Below, in pieces: positions 19,890-29,223 of a stretch of 64,000 nt of DNA. Under the pieces are notes generated by a model. That model saw only the letters and a list, made by a program, of their open reading frames with translations, had not been told where the DNA came from and did no database searches. Location of the stretch: positions 64,001-128,000 of the forward strand of contig JAVZNC010000004.1 in assembly GCA_038882955.1 (NCBI GenBank). Direction: 5' to 3'. The position numbers and the translations under genes were made by a program. Positions within the stretch are counted from its first letter, which is position 1. Every line of letters starts with the position of its first letter. Source of the stretch: Candidatus Bathyarchaeia archaeon (GTDB taxonomy: Archaea > Thermoproteota > Bathyarchaeia > Bathyarchaeales > Bathycorpusculaceae).

Positions 19890-21398
19890 ATGAGTAGCGA
19901 ACCAGTAGAGAGAAGAGTTTCATATCTTGGCGATAGGTTAAAGGGATGCCGCTGCCTAATATGCGGTAAAGAATATTTTGAAATAAGGGATTATTGTGGT
20001 TCATGCGGAAGAAAAAGCTTCGGAAAAATAGCCAACATAGACCTTTTCTACGACAAAGGCGTCCTTGAAGTTTGCACCCTCATAAACGAGCCAACAAACA
20101 AGTTCACAAAGCTCGGCAGCTACGTTTACGGCATAGTCTCCTTCCACAATGGAAAAATTCGCGTTCCAGGAAGACTCACAGACCACATGATAAAGCAAGG
20201 CGAGGAAATGGACTTTTCAACCTTTGAGGGGCGCGAGGTTGTTCCAAGGTTTAGAAGACGCTACTCGGTTGATAGAAGCGACATCATTCCAACAATTTCC
20301 TTGGCTTTCACGTTCGCGGACGAGTATTACCCACACCAAGAATACACAATTGTGAAGCCTAGCAAGGAGTACGAAGCGCCTGGAATAGTTGGCTATGGCG
20401 TTTACACATCGAAATTCAGAATAAAAGAGGGCAACATAACCCGTTCAATCCCGTTCATCGACGAAGATGCCATAACAGCTGCTGTTGAAGCTGGAAAACT
20501 TGCGCTGATACATTCTGGCGTCGACAGCACGCTTGTGGGCAAAGTTTACGTGGGTTCAGAATCAAACCCATACGCCGTCAAGCCGATAGCCTCAAAAGTC
20601 GCCCAAGTCCTAAAGCTCGGTGAGGAAGATGAAGGCATTCAAGGTGTTGACGCGGTTGATACAGAATTCGCATGTAAAGCTGCCACAAGCATGTTTAAGG
20701 ACGCCGCGTCGCTTGTCAACTATCCAAAAGCAAATATTCAATACGCAATGGTTATAGGCGCGGACAACTCCCAAGCAGCGCCGAGGGACTGTCCAGGCGG
20801 CGAACTAGACCTTTTTGTAGGCTTTGGCGGATGCGCCTATGTCTTTGGAAAAACCGACCTAATAGCCGAAATTGAAGGGTGGTATTCATGCACCTCAGAC
20901 ACGCCTGACTTCTGGCGTAGAGACGGCGAACCATTTCCAATGCATGGCGGAAGGTTCACTGGAGACCCAGCCTACTTTAAACACATCCGCAAAGCCGCAA
21001 AGAAACTCATGGAAAGGCTAGGCTTAAAGCCAAGCGACATAAACTATTTTGTTGCACATCAGCCTAACGTCCAATTTCCAGTTCGCATAGCAAAAGAACT
21101 TGGCTTCAAAGAAGAACAGTATACGCCTTCACTTCAAATTGCGAACTTCGGCAACACCTATTCGGGGTCTTCACCAGTCGGCTTGGCAGCAGTCTTGGAC
21201 ATAGCCAAACCAGAAGAGCGCATACTAATCGTCAGCTATGGCTCTGGAGCTGGAAGCGACGCCTACTCACTTGTTACGACAAGCCAAATAGTTGAAAAGC
21301 GAAAACGCCAAAAAATGACTGTTGCCTACCAAGCTAAAAACTCGTTCCTAGAGTATGTGGATTACACAACTTATAGGCGGCTGAAACTTGGAATGTAG
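19890..21398 (+). CDS. DUF35 (zinc ribbon/OB)-HMG-CoA synthase fusion
   Basis: N-terminal CLIC..CGSC DUF35 domain; GSESNPYAVKP, FACKAA, HQPN, GNTYSGS, SYGSGAGSD. Confidence 0.92.
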   Translation: MSSEPVERRVSYLGDRLKGCRCLICGKEYFEIRDYCGSCGRKSFGKIANIDLFYDKGVLEVCTLINEPTNKFTKLGSYVYGIVSFHNGKIRVPGRLTDHMIKQGEEMDFSTFEGREVVPRFRRRYSVDRSDIIPTISLAFTFADEYYPHQEYTIVKPSKEYEAPGIVGYGVYTSKFRIKEGNITRSIPFIDEDAITAAVEAGKLALIHSGVDSTLVGKVYVGSESNPYAVKPIASKVAQVLKLGEEDEGIQGVDAVDTEFACKAATSMFKDAASLVNYPKANIQYAMVIGADNSQAAPRDCPGGELDLFVGFGGCAYVFGKTDLIAEIEGWYSCTSDTPDFWRRDGEPFPMHGGRFTGDPAYFKHIRKAAKKLMERLGLKPSDINYFVAHQPNVQFPVRIAKELGFKEEQYTPSLQIANFGNTYSGSSPVGLAAVLDIAKPEERILIVSYGSGAGSDAYSLVTTSQIVEKRKRQKMTVAYQAKNSFLEYVDYTTYRRLKLGM

Positions 21399-21431
21399 CA
21401 AACCATTAATAAAAGGGAGAAAACAACAATA

Positions 21432-22643
21432 ATGGCTGCGGAGAATAAAAAGGTGTTTGCATACGACATATTCAAGGTAATATATGCTCCACAAAAGGCT
21501 TTTAGGGAAATCGCCCAAAACCCAAGATACATTGGACCAATACTCATAATGATACTTTTCATAGCTGGAAACATGGCTTTCATTTACACGCTAATGTCAA
21601 AAACATACGTTGAGCAAACATTACCATCTGGGAGCTTTGAAAAGAAAGACGAATGGACGGAAAACGCAACACTGTGGATGACAACACTCATGCCGGGAGT
21701 AAATGTCACAGAAAATTATGCAGATTACGTAAACAGCACACCAGGGATAGTCCCAATGTACTTCACAATTTACTATGGCAACAAAAGCATCCAATTCTCA
21801 ATAAACGAAAGCGCAACAATATGGATGCAGCTGGACAACATAGGACCGATAGACTGCTCAGAATCGGGTTACAATAGCACGTCAATGCGAATTAAAAGCT
21901 TAAATCCAAACGAGAACCCGGAAAACGCGACAATACATTTGTACTCAACAACAACGGACTATTTCAGCTACAATTTTACCAGCCAACTCAATTTCACAAG
22001 TGCAGATTGGAACAATTTGACGATTCCCCTTAGAACGCAAAAGTGGCAGGACAGCGGCAACGCAAACTGGAGCAGCATAAACAGCCTTAAACTGGAATTT
22101 ACTTGGAGCGCGCCGAAAAACATAACGTTGCTTGTTGATGGATTGTTTTTCCACGGCGCCTTCAGTTCACCGTCAGCATACATTTCAGAATACTTGTTCA
22201 CGTACTCAACAACATCATTTATGCAGTTCACCATCAACTGGGTTGTCCTAGGCGGATTAATATACATAATGTCAAAGGCGTTCCGCGGCAAAACGGTGTG
22301 GAAAACCTCACTGGTCATGGCTGGGTTTGCGCTAATAACGCTATTCGTTCAATCTTTAATTTACTTTGTCATTTTCTCAAGTTCACCAGTCATGTATTAT
22401 AATTTTGAGCTGCTTGGAAAAGTTGCAGGCGAAAGCGAAAAAGCCTATGAAAACCTTGTTGCTGGCACATGGGTTTTTTCAACAATTTATCAGTATACCT
22501 CAATCGCCATATCAATATGGACAATTGTTCTATGCGCTGTTGCCGCTCGCGTTGCAAACGAGTTTTCATGGAGCAAAAGCGCCCTAATAGCTGTAGTAGC
22601 CTACTACGCAACTACCATAATCATGAGTTTTCTCCTTGCGTGA
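21432..22643 (+). CDS. Yip1-like membrane protein with large extracellular insert
   Basis: VIYAPQKAFREI Yip1-type N-terminus; many NxS/T sequons; C-terminal TMs. Confidence 0.7.
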   Translation: MAAENKKVFAYDIFKVIYAPQKAFREIAQNPRYIGPILIMILFIAGNMAFIYTLMSKTYVEQTLPSGSFEKKDEWTENATLWMTTLMPGVNVTENYADYVNSTPGIVPMYFTIYYGNKSIQFSINESATIWMQLDNIGPIDCSESGYNSTSMRIKSLNPNENPENATIHLYSTTTDYFSYNFTSQLNFTSADWNNLTIPLRTQKWQDSGNANWSSINSLKLEFTWSAPKNITLLVDGLFFHGAFSSPSAYISEYLFTYSTTSFMQFTINWVVLGGLIYIMSKAFRGKTVWKTSLVMAGFALITLFVQSLIYFVIFSSSPVMYYNFELLGKVAGESEKAYENLVAGTWVFSTIYQYTSIAISIWTIVLCAVAARVANEFSWSKSALIAVVAYYATTIIMSFLLA

Positions 22644-22698
22644 TAAACTTATAAGAAAGGGCGAGTATGCAAAGGTTTGTTTTGGCAGCGTGTTAACA

Positions 22699-23403
22699 AT
22701 GACCGCAATCCTAAATGTAAGTGATGTCAAAAAGAGTTATCGCATTGGCAAAGTGTTGGTGCCCGCCTTACGCGGGGTAAGCTTCGATGTTGAAGAAGGC
22801 GAATTTCTGACAATTTTTGGTCCTTCTGGTAGTGGAAAGTCGACGCTGCTGCATTTGATAGGTTGCCTAGACCGTCCAGACGAAGGCGAAATTCACATAG
22901 ACGGAGCCAACATCCTAAAGTTAAGCGACGATAAATTGGCTGAGCTTCGCCTTCACAAAATCGGTTTCGTCTTTCAATTCTTCAATTTGCTGCCAAGGCT
23001 TTCAGCTCTGAGGAATGTGGAATTGCCATTAACGATTGCTGGCGTGCCAGAAAAAGAGGCTTTGAGCAGGGCTGAGGAGATGCTTAGATTTGTTGGTTTA
23101 GAAGCGCGTATGAACCATAAGCCGTCTGAATTGAGTGGTGGCGAACAACAACGTGTAGCCATTGCAAGAGCCCTAATTAACAATCCGAAAATTGTTTTGG
23201 CAGACGAGCCGACTGGAAATCTTGACACAAAAACTGGATGGGAAATAGTTCAACTTATGCGAAAGCTGAATGAAGAGCGAAAACAAACATTTATAATCGT
23301 CACTCACGACCCGCAAATAGCAGAAACGGCAGACCGCATAATCCACCTTAGAGACGGCTTAATCGAAGGAATAAAAAAGGCGCCAAGAAGGAATAAGCCA
23401 TGA
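22699..23403 (+). CDS. ABC transporter ATP-binding protein (LolD/MacB family)
   Basis: [33 protein letters not shown]. Confidence 0.95.
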   Translation: MTAILNVSDVKKSYRIGKVLVPALRGVSFDVEEGEFLTIFGPSGSGKSTLLHLIGCLDRPDEGEIHIDGANILKLSDDKLAELRLHKIGFVFQFFNLLPRLSALRNVELPLTIAGVPEKEALSRAEEMLRFVGLEARMNHKPSELSGGEQQRVAIARALINNPKIVLADEPTGNLDTKTGWEIVQLMRKLNEERKQTFIIVTHDPQIAETADRIIHLRDGLIEGIKKAPRRNKP

Positions 23404-24668
23404 AAGCGACAAAGATACTCGTCACAGCATGGGATAACCTAAAACAACGAAAACTGAGGACTTCACTAACAACGCTTGGCGTTGTAATTGGGATAACCAC
23501 AATTATAGCCATTGCCTCGCTTGGCGAAGGGTTCAGACTGGAAGTAAGGCAAAGATTGGAACAAGGGTTCGAACTCGACGTCCTAATAGTTTTTCCAGGA
23601 AGCTTTGCAGCCGGTTTAACAGGCGGATTTAATGATACAGACGTTGAAAACATTAAGGCCATAGACAATGTAACCCTTGTAACACCATTAATAACCATGC
23701 CTCTGGTGCAGGACATGGAGCTAAAAAACAGCGAAACGGGGAAAAAACTCGGCGCGTTTACAGTGGGCGCCGTAAACTTCACTGAAATGAGCGCGATTCT
23801 TCCATTGAGATTTAACGTTTCAAGCGGTAGGTTTCCACAGCAAGATGAGAATCAATCAATTGTTCTTGGCTACAAAGCCAGCGTTGTCAATGATACGGTC
23901 ATAGCAGACGTAAACGACACCGTTTCTCTAATTATGCCTGGCTACACCGTGAACTTTACAGTTTCTGGAATTTTAGTAAAGGGAGGAACATCTGGAATAA
24001 CAAACTTTGATTACTGGGCTTTCATTCCAATTCAAACTGCACTTAAAATGCCCCAGATCATGGCTAACCCAAAACCATACCAAATTATCCTTGTGAAGGT
24101 TTCCAACCCGCAATACGCGGAATCCGTTGCAAAAGAAGTGGAACAGCTTTTTCCACCATACTCCGTCACAGTTTTTGTGCCATCCGCCTTAATGCGTCAA
24201 GTTGATTACATTCTAAACATTGTTCAGTTGTTTTTGGTTGCAATAGGCTCTATTTCGCTTTTGGTTGCGGGTGTCAGCATTATGAATATCATGACTGTGG
24301 CTGTTATGGAGCGAACCCGCGAGATTGGAATAATGAAGGCTATTGGAGCCAAAAATCGAACAGTTCTGGGAATGTTTCTCGCCGAGGCTGTTTTGGTTGG
24401 AGTGATGGGCGGCTTTATCGGCGCTTTCGCTGGCTACGGACTTTCTTACGGGTTAGCGCAAATCCTCTCAAACTTTATGCAGCCCCAACGTCAAGACGCG
24501 GTTTTTCAAACGCCAGAAGCTCAAAGATTGACTGTGAACCCAGTTTTCTCTCCAGAGTGGACGATAATCGCCATAGTCTTCGCAGTGATAGTCTGCATAA
24601 TATTTGGCTTATACCCAGCCAGAAAGGCAGCAAAGCTTAACCCAGTTGAAGCATTACGTTATGAATAA
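23400..24668 (+). CDS. ABC transporter permease (MacB/FtsX family)
   Basis: RTSLTTLGVVIGI, ERTREIGIMKAIGA, YPARKAAKLNPVEALRYE. Confidence 0.95.
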   Translation: MKATKILVTAWDNLKQRKLRTSLTTLGVVIGITTIIAIASLGEGFRLEVRQRLEQGFELDVLIVFPGSFAAGLTGGFNDTDVENIKAIDNVTLVTPLITMPLVQDMELKNSETGKKLGAFTVGAVNFTEMSAILPLRFNVSSGRFPQQDENQSIVLGYKASVVNDTVIADVNDTVSLIMPGYTVNFTVSGILVKGGTSGITNFDYWAFIPIQTALKMPQIMANPKPYQIILVKVSNPQYAESVAKEVEQLFPPYSVTVFVPSALMRQVDYILNIVQLFLVAIGSISLLVAGVSIMNIMTVAVMERTREIGIMKAIGAKNRTVLGMFLAEAVLVGVMGGFIGAFAGYGLSYGLAQILSNFMQPQRQDAVFQTPEAQRLTVNPVFSPEWTIIAIVFAVIVCIIFGLYPARKAAKLNPVEALRYE

Positions 24669-24717
24669 GCTCAGCTTATGAGAAATGTTTATATCGTTTA
24701 AGGACTTCTGTGCTCAT

Positions 24718-24794
24718 AACTAGCCGCACACTAAAAAGCCCAAGCGTGTCTAAAGTTTTTAGGCACGAAGGGTTTTGATGGTTGTAGGCTGGTT
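24718..24794 (+). promoter_or_regulatory. Structured 5' leader (long hairpin) of TRAM-SSB-TRAM operon
   Basis: Nested pairings AACTAGCC/GGCTGGTT, AAAGCCC/GGGTTTT, CGTGTCTAAA/TTTAGGCACG, starting ~25 nt after a TTTATA box at 24688. Confidence 0.6.
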
Positions 24795-24818
24795 CCGCGG
24801 TAAGGACGAAAATTTAGT

Positions 24819-25103
24819 ATGCCAAGAAGGCTGCCTGAAAAAACGAGGAATGCCAAGAGAAGACCTAGAAGGTTTGGAAGCCAAAGTAGGTTCCGACCGA
24901 GCAGACCATTTTTCCAGTCAGCGCCTGTAAAGGAAAATCAGGAGTTAGAGGTTGTCATAGATGACATTGGAAGCAGGGGAGACGGAATAGCGAGGATACA
25001 GGGCTTCCTAATTTTTGTGCCGAATAGCAAGATAGGCGAGCGCGTAAAAGTTAGAATTCTTTCTGTCGGTCAGAAGTTTGCTGTCGCGGAGAGAATAGCC
25101 TAA
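24819..25103 (+). CDS. Single TRAM domain protein with Arg-rich N-terminus
   Basis: PVKENQELEV.I.DIGSRGDGIARIQGFLIFVP. Confidence 0.9.
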   Translation: MPRRLPEKTRNAKRRPRRFGSQSRFRPSRPFFQSAPVKENQELEVVIDDIGSRGDGIARIQGFLIFVPNSKIGERVKVRILSVGQKFAVAERIA

Positions 25104-25117
25104 AGAAGGTTTGATGG

Positions 25118-25408
25118 TTGAAGATTGGGGATTTGCGGAATGGAATGAAAAACGTCACGTTAGAAGCGAAGGTCATAGAGAAGACAGAGGCACATGAGGT
25201 TCTGTCAAGGTTTAAAGATGAAACCTACAAGGTTGCAACAGCCATAATCGAAGATGAAACTGGAAAAATAAAGCTCACGCTTTGGAACGAGCAGATAAAC
25301 ATGATAAAGGTTAACGACAAAATCAAACTGGAAAGAGGTTATGTCTCCTCATTTAGGGGCGAGTTGCAACTGAACGTTGGAAGAAACGGTGTATTAACAG
25401 TTATTTAA
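25118..25408 (+). CDS. OB-fold single-stranded nucleic acid binding protein
   Basis: KIGDL, DETGKIKLTLWN, GELQLNVG. Confidence 0.88.
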   Translation: MKIGDLRNGMKNVTLEAKVIEKTEAHEVLSRFKDETYKVATAIIEDETGKIKLTLWNEQINMIKVNDKIKLERGYVSSFRGELQLNVGRNGVLTVI

Positions 25409-25442
25409 CCGCGGAATTGAAAACTGGACGAGGTGAATTTGT

Positions 25443-25697
25443 ATGGAAGAAAGAAGGAGCTTCGGTGCAAGAAGAGGTTTCAGAGGAAGAGAAAGGGGAA
25501 GCAGGTTTACGCCAAAACCAGTTGAGGTTGGAAAGGAATACGAAGTTGACATACAAGAAACAAGCAGACGCGGAGAAGGCATAGCAAGAATACAGGGGCT
25601 AGTCATTTTCGTGCCAAAAACGAAGCCTGGGGACCACGCGAAGATAAGGATAACCCGCATAAGCAGAAGATTTGCAGAAGCCGAAGTTATAACATAA
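25443..25697 (+). CDS. Single TRAM domain protein
   Basis: KPVEVGKEYEV.I.ETSRRGEGIARIQGLVIFVP. Confidence 0.9.
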   Translation: MEERRSFGARRGFRGRERGSRFTPKPVEVGKEYEVDIQETSRRGEGIARIQGLVIFVPKTKPGDHAKIRITRISRRFAEAEVIT

Positions 25698-25745
25698 ACC
25701 GCTTATGCCGTTGTTATTAAACTGCCGCGACAATTCTCTTTGTGT

Positions 25746-26123
25746 TTACTTCTTTTTAAAGAAAAGCCAGTTTTTCTCATTCTTAAATCTTAAGAGCACG
25801 TATGTTCCACGCAATTTTTCGCCATAAATCTCTATGAGGAGCTTGTTTGGCTTTCTGTCCAAAAGCCTATAGGTGCCTCTATCCCAAATCTTCACGGTTC
25901 CAGCGCCATACTTGCCTTCTGGAATTACACCTTCAAACTTTTCATATCCAAGTGGATGGTCTTCAACTTGAACGGCAAGTCTTCTAACGCCAACGGCTGC
26001 TGGTGGCTCCTTTGGAATCGCCCAGCTTTTTAGGACGCCGTCCATTTCAAGACGCAGATCATAATGCAAATGTGTTGCCGCATGCTTTTGGATGACATAA
26101 ATTTTTTCTTCACTTGATGCCAT
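25746..26123 (-). CDS. Stand-alone LigD 3'-phosphoesterase (PE) domain
   Basis: [38 protein letters not shown]. Confidence 0.92.
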   Translation of the reverse strand: MASSEEKIYVIQKHAATHLHYDLRLEMDGVLKSWAIPKEPPAAVGVRRLAVQVEDHPLGYEKFEGVIPEGKYGAGTVKIWDRGTYRLLDRKPNKLLIEIYGEKLRGTYVLLRFKNEKNWLFFKKK

Positions 26124-26230
26124 TGGTATTTTCGCTTCCTCTTTTGGTTATTCGCACATGCTCTTTTATGGCTTTAAAGGGGTTAAACGCGTTGAAAAGA
26201 ATTTAGAAAAATGGGGACGCCTTACGTTGT

Positions 26231-26662
26231 TTACTTTAAGCTTTCTGCCAACGTTGTGAAAGTATCGTGGTGCTCTTCTTCATCTTCAAGTATCTGCTTG
26301 AAAATATAGGCTGTTGTTACGTCGCCTTCCTTCTGTGCCAAATCAATTATTGTCTTGTAAAGTTCTATTGCGCCCTCCTCGTCCTTAATGTCTCGTTGAA
26401 TCATCTCCTTTAGGGTTTTTCCCACGAAAATAGGCGTGGGCTTTGTTGTTGGTGTTCCACCGAGGTAAAAGAGTCTTTCAGCAATCTTTTCAGCATGTTT
26501 CATTTCCGTTATGGCTATTTTCTTCAATTCCTCTTGTACGGCGAATCCGCTTACTCCGCTCCATTGGACGTGCTGCCACATGTATTGTATTGAAACCTGC
26601 AGTTCCCTCGCAACTGCATCATTCAACATATCCAGCAACTTCTTTGAAGCCAAATTTTTCAC
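26231..26662 (-). CDS. Ferritin-like/bacterioferritin family protein
   Basis: E..VSIQYM, EMKHAE, LGG.P, DEEEHHD ferroxidase ligands. Confidence 0.9.
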   Translation of the reverse strand: MKNLASKKLLDMLNDAVARELQVSIQYMWQHVQWSGVSGFAVQEELKKIAITEMKHAEKIAERLFYLGGTPTTKPTPIFVGKTLKEMIQRDIKDEEGAIELYKTIIDLAQKEGDVTTAYIFKQILEDEEEHHDTFTTLAESLK

Positions 26663-26744
26663 CCACAGTTACATCATTAAGTCAGCATTTATAACATTCT
26701 TATTATATTAAATTTTCCTAAAATCACAAAACACTAGGCAAAAC

Positions 26745-27191
26745 GTGAAAAAATTGAAATTCACATACCCGGAAGATCTCCACTTCAAATGTAAGAGATG
26801 TGCCATCTGCTGCGGCGACACAGAAAACAGAGTAAGAACAATCCTAATGCTAAAAACCGAAGCTGAAAAAATAGCTGGCAAAACCAGAATGCGCCTAGAA
26901 TCCTTCGCAGAAAAGGTTCAAAGTTTTGAACCATACGCTTATAAGATGCGAAAAACTGCCGATGGAAAATGCGTATTCCTAAACAAGAACTTATGTACAA
27001 TATACCCTTATAGACCTTTAATCTGCCGATTTTATCCCTTCGAACTTAATGAAACAAGCAGTGGCACATATGCTTTCGCCTACACAAAAGAATGCCCTGG
27101 AATAGGAAAGGGAAGCGCACTTAAAAGGGAATTTTTTGAAAAACTCTTCAAAAGATTTAGGAAATCGATTGCTGAAAATGTGCTTGGATAA
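26745..27191 (+). CDS. YkgJ family cysteine cluster protein
   Basis: CKRCAICC, CVFL, CTIY..RPLICRFYPF, CPGIG. Confidence 0.9.
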   Translation: MKKLKFTYPEDLHFKCKRCAICCGDTENRVRTILMLKTEAEKIAGKTRMRLESFAEKVQSFEPYAYKMRKTADGKCVFLNKNLCTIYPYRPLICRFYPFELNETSSGTYAFAYTKECPGIGKGSALKREFFEKLFKRFRKSIAENVLG

Positions 27192-27202
27192 ACTTAAGCC
27201 TT

Positions 27203-27817
27203 TCACTGGGGTTGCTGTGGACTTGGCGGAGTGACTCCAACAGTCCTTCTACTGGCAATTGTTACAAGTAGCATTAGAGCGAATAGCACGGTTGTGGCTA
27301 CGAAAAGGTACATCATAAGCGTGGTGCTGTTGTTGGCAGCTTCAAGGTTTTGCAGCTGCTGCTTATAAGGCGACTCTATGTATACGAGCAACTCGTATGT
27401 GGGATTGTCCGATTGAATCCACCTCTGCGTTAAACTGTTCCATATCTCCGTTTTCGCCCTAACATTAACTTTTCCATATCCAGGAGCGATGTTTGCCGGA
27501 AGCGTGAATTGAACACAAAGCGATGTTGACTGTCCAACAGCAATTGTGACTGGAAGCGTGGCGTTTGCATAGAAAGTTTGCGTATACTGTGTGCCATCAG
27601 CGTAGAAATAATTTACTGTTGCAGAAACCTCGGTCACCCTAATATTATCGCCCTTATCATTGTACACCGTAACATTAACGTATCCGGAACCACCTGGGTA
27701 ATACGCGCTCTTATCAAGCGTGCATGTGGCAATCTCGGCGGCATGTACAAAAGGAAAGTTTAAAGCTGCTAAAGCGCAAAGCAACGGCAGCAAGACAGCA
27801 ACAATTTTAACATGCAT
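27203..27817 (-). CDS. Secreted, C-terminally anchored Ig-like protein
   Basis: Signal peptide, beta-rich body, C-terminal TM. Confidence 0.7.
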   Translation of the reverse strand: MHVKIVAVLLPLLCALAALNFPFVHAAEIATCTLDKSAYYPGGSGYVNVTVYNDKGDNIRVTEVSATVNYFYADGTQYTQTFYANATLPVTIAVGQSTSLCVQFTLPANIAPGYGKVNVRAKTEIWNSLTQRWIQSDNPTYELLVYIESPYKQQLQNLEAANNSTTLMMYLFVATTVLFALMLLVTIASRRTVGVTPPSPQQPQ

Positions 27818-27951
27818 TTTCAGATTTTCCTCCTTTAAATTGTTGGGCTTTTCTAATTTGAGAATAAGAGTAAAAATGTTATGAAGTCAAAATCCAAATC
27901 AGAACTAAACACGCGCCGTAATCGCCTCAGACAAAAGTAAAAATGGGATGT

Positions 27952-28323
27952 TTAGACGAACATTCCCAGGAGTCCGAGTATTCCAAGTATTATGGCGATT
28001 ATACCGATTATTGTTTGGAAGCTACCGAGCCATTTAACAACTTTGGCCAAGTCTTTGCCTATTGCGGGTATGCTTGGTAAAAGACCCAAGATCAATATTA
28101 GTCCAGCTATAATTGCCACTATTCCCTGCAACCCAAAATACCAAATCCCAAGGATTATGGCTATGATGCCAATAATCGTTTGAAATCTTCCAAGCCATTT
28201 GGCAACCTTTTCCAAGCTTTTGCCAACAGCAGGTATATTTGGCAGAATACCCATCGCCAATATAAGCCCAGCAACAATGTTTGTTATCTCTATAATCAAA
28301 TACTTCACCAATACTTTATACAA
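27952..28323 (-). CDS. Small membrane protein with internal duplication (start probably ~28308)
   Basis: Two copies of LP.IPA.GK.L.KV.KWLG.FQTIIGIIAIILGI. Confidence 0.75.
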   Translation of the reverse strand: MYKVLVKYLIIEITNIVAGLILAMGILPNIPAVGKSLEKVAKWLGRFQTIIGIIAIILGIWYFGLQGIVAIIAGLILILGLLPSIPAIGKDLAKVVKWLGSFQTIIGIIAIILGILGLLGMFV

Positions 28324-28409
28324 TCTGAGAATTTATAAGACTTGGGGTTTTGATATAGAATCTGATGATTTATTTCAAATTGTTTATGTTAGCTTTTGAA
28401 TTCGCTGGA

Positions 28410-28600
28410 CATGTTAGGCAATCGCTTCCTTCAGCATAAGCCTAAGCACGATGACTTACACGCAACTCGTCAATTTCGGAAAAGACGAGTTCACATGCAA
28501 AGTTGAAAAAACATCGACGAAATCAAAGAACTGGTCGAGGCAGAGTTTGAATATGTATACCGACCACGACGGCCTCAAAGTGTTCAGAAAACGCAAATAG
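28410..28600 (+). pseudogene. Frameshifted C-terminal remnant of a tyrosine integrase
   Basis: STMTYTQLVNFGKDEFTCKV / IDEIKELVEAEFEYV / TDHDGLKVFRKRK* across frames; matches the C-terminus of the intact integrase at 54134. Confidence 0.8.
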
Positions 28601-28631
28601 GCTGATACAAGAATGAGGATGCTGGGTTTCG

Positions 28632-28759
28632 TGGTGGGGTAGCTGGGATTTGAACCCAGGACCGCCAGCGCCCCAGGCTGGTATCCTTGACCACTCCAGC
28701 CGCCCTAGGTGCTGGAATACCCGCCACCGAACCTAAGGCGGAAGCTAGACGACTACCCC
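28632..28759 (-). tRNA. tRNA-Pro(GGG) with 49-nt D-loop intron (28694-28742), CCA encoded
   Basis: GGGGTAG/CTACCCC acceptor; CCAGC-CT-GGG-GC-GCTGG; removing the insert restores TAGCTTGGTCAAGG; relaxed BHB motif at the junctions. Confidence 0.93.
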
Positions 28760-28973
28760 CATATGTTGGCTTGTTACTCTGCTATTTCCGTTTTCTAAAG
28801 GTTTGATGTTGTTTATTTCCGTTACGTATTTGAAGCTGTTCTCCAACTTGCCGTTAAAGTAGATTACTTATAGAACATGAAGCTTCTATCTTCAAAGCTT
28901 ATTCTAAATTCATAAGTACTATTTCGCTTTTCATGCTTTGATATTATATGGTTGAATAGAAGGCTTGAGATAA

Positions 28974-29177
28974 TTGCATAGAGTTGAATTTCCTTCGAAG
29001 TTGCTGTTTGCCGCATTTGTCCTTGTAGTTGTCGGTGTGTTGCTAATGCTTCATAGTTCAAATATGCTTTTTGCAATAAATTCTCTCGCCGTTATTTTCG
29101 TGGTTTTGGCTGTGCTTTTCATTTTTTCTGGAATAATTCTGCTGCTTATGGGCTTGGCGGCTATGGCTTCTGTTTAA
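28974..29177 (+). CDS. Small two-TM membrane protein
   Basis: Hydrophobic ORF; start uncertain. Confidence 0.45.
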   Translation: MHRVEFPSKLLFAAFVLVVVGVLLMLHSSNMLFAINSLAVIFVVLAVLFIFSGIILLLMGLAAMASV

Positions 29178-29223
29178 ATGGGGAGAAATCTCCATATAGT
29201 TTAGCCTACAATCTTAAAGGCGT

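Noticed and set aside
29182-29194. GGAGAAATCTCCA identical to part of the att-proximal palindrome (62457-62469)
   Set aside because: A 13-bp match somewhere within 64 kb is expected by chance, and there is no further similarity.
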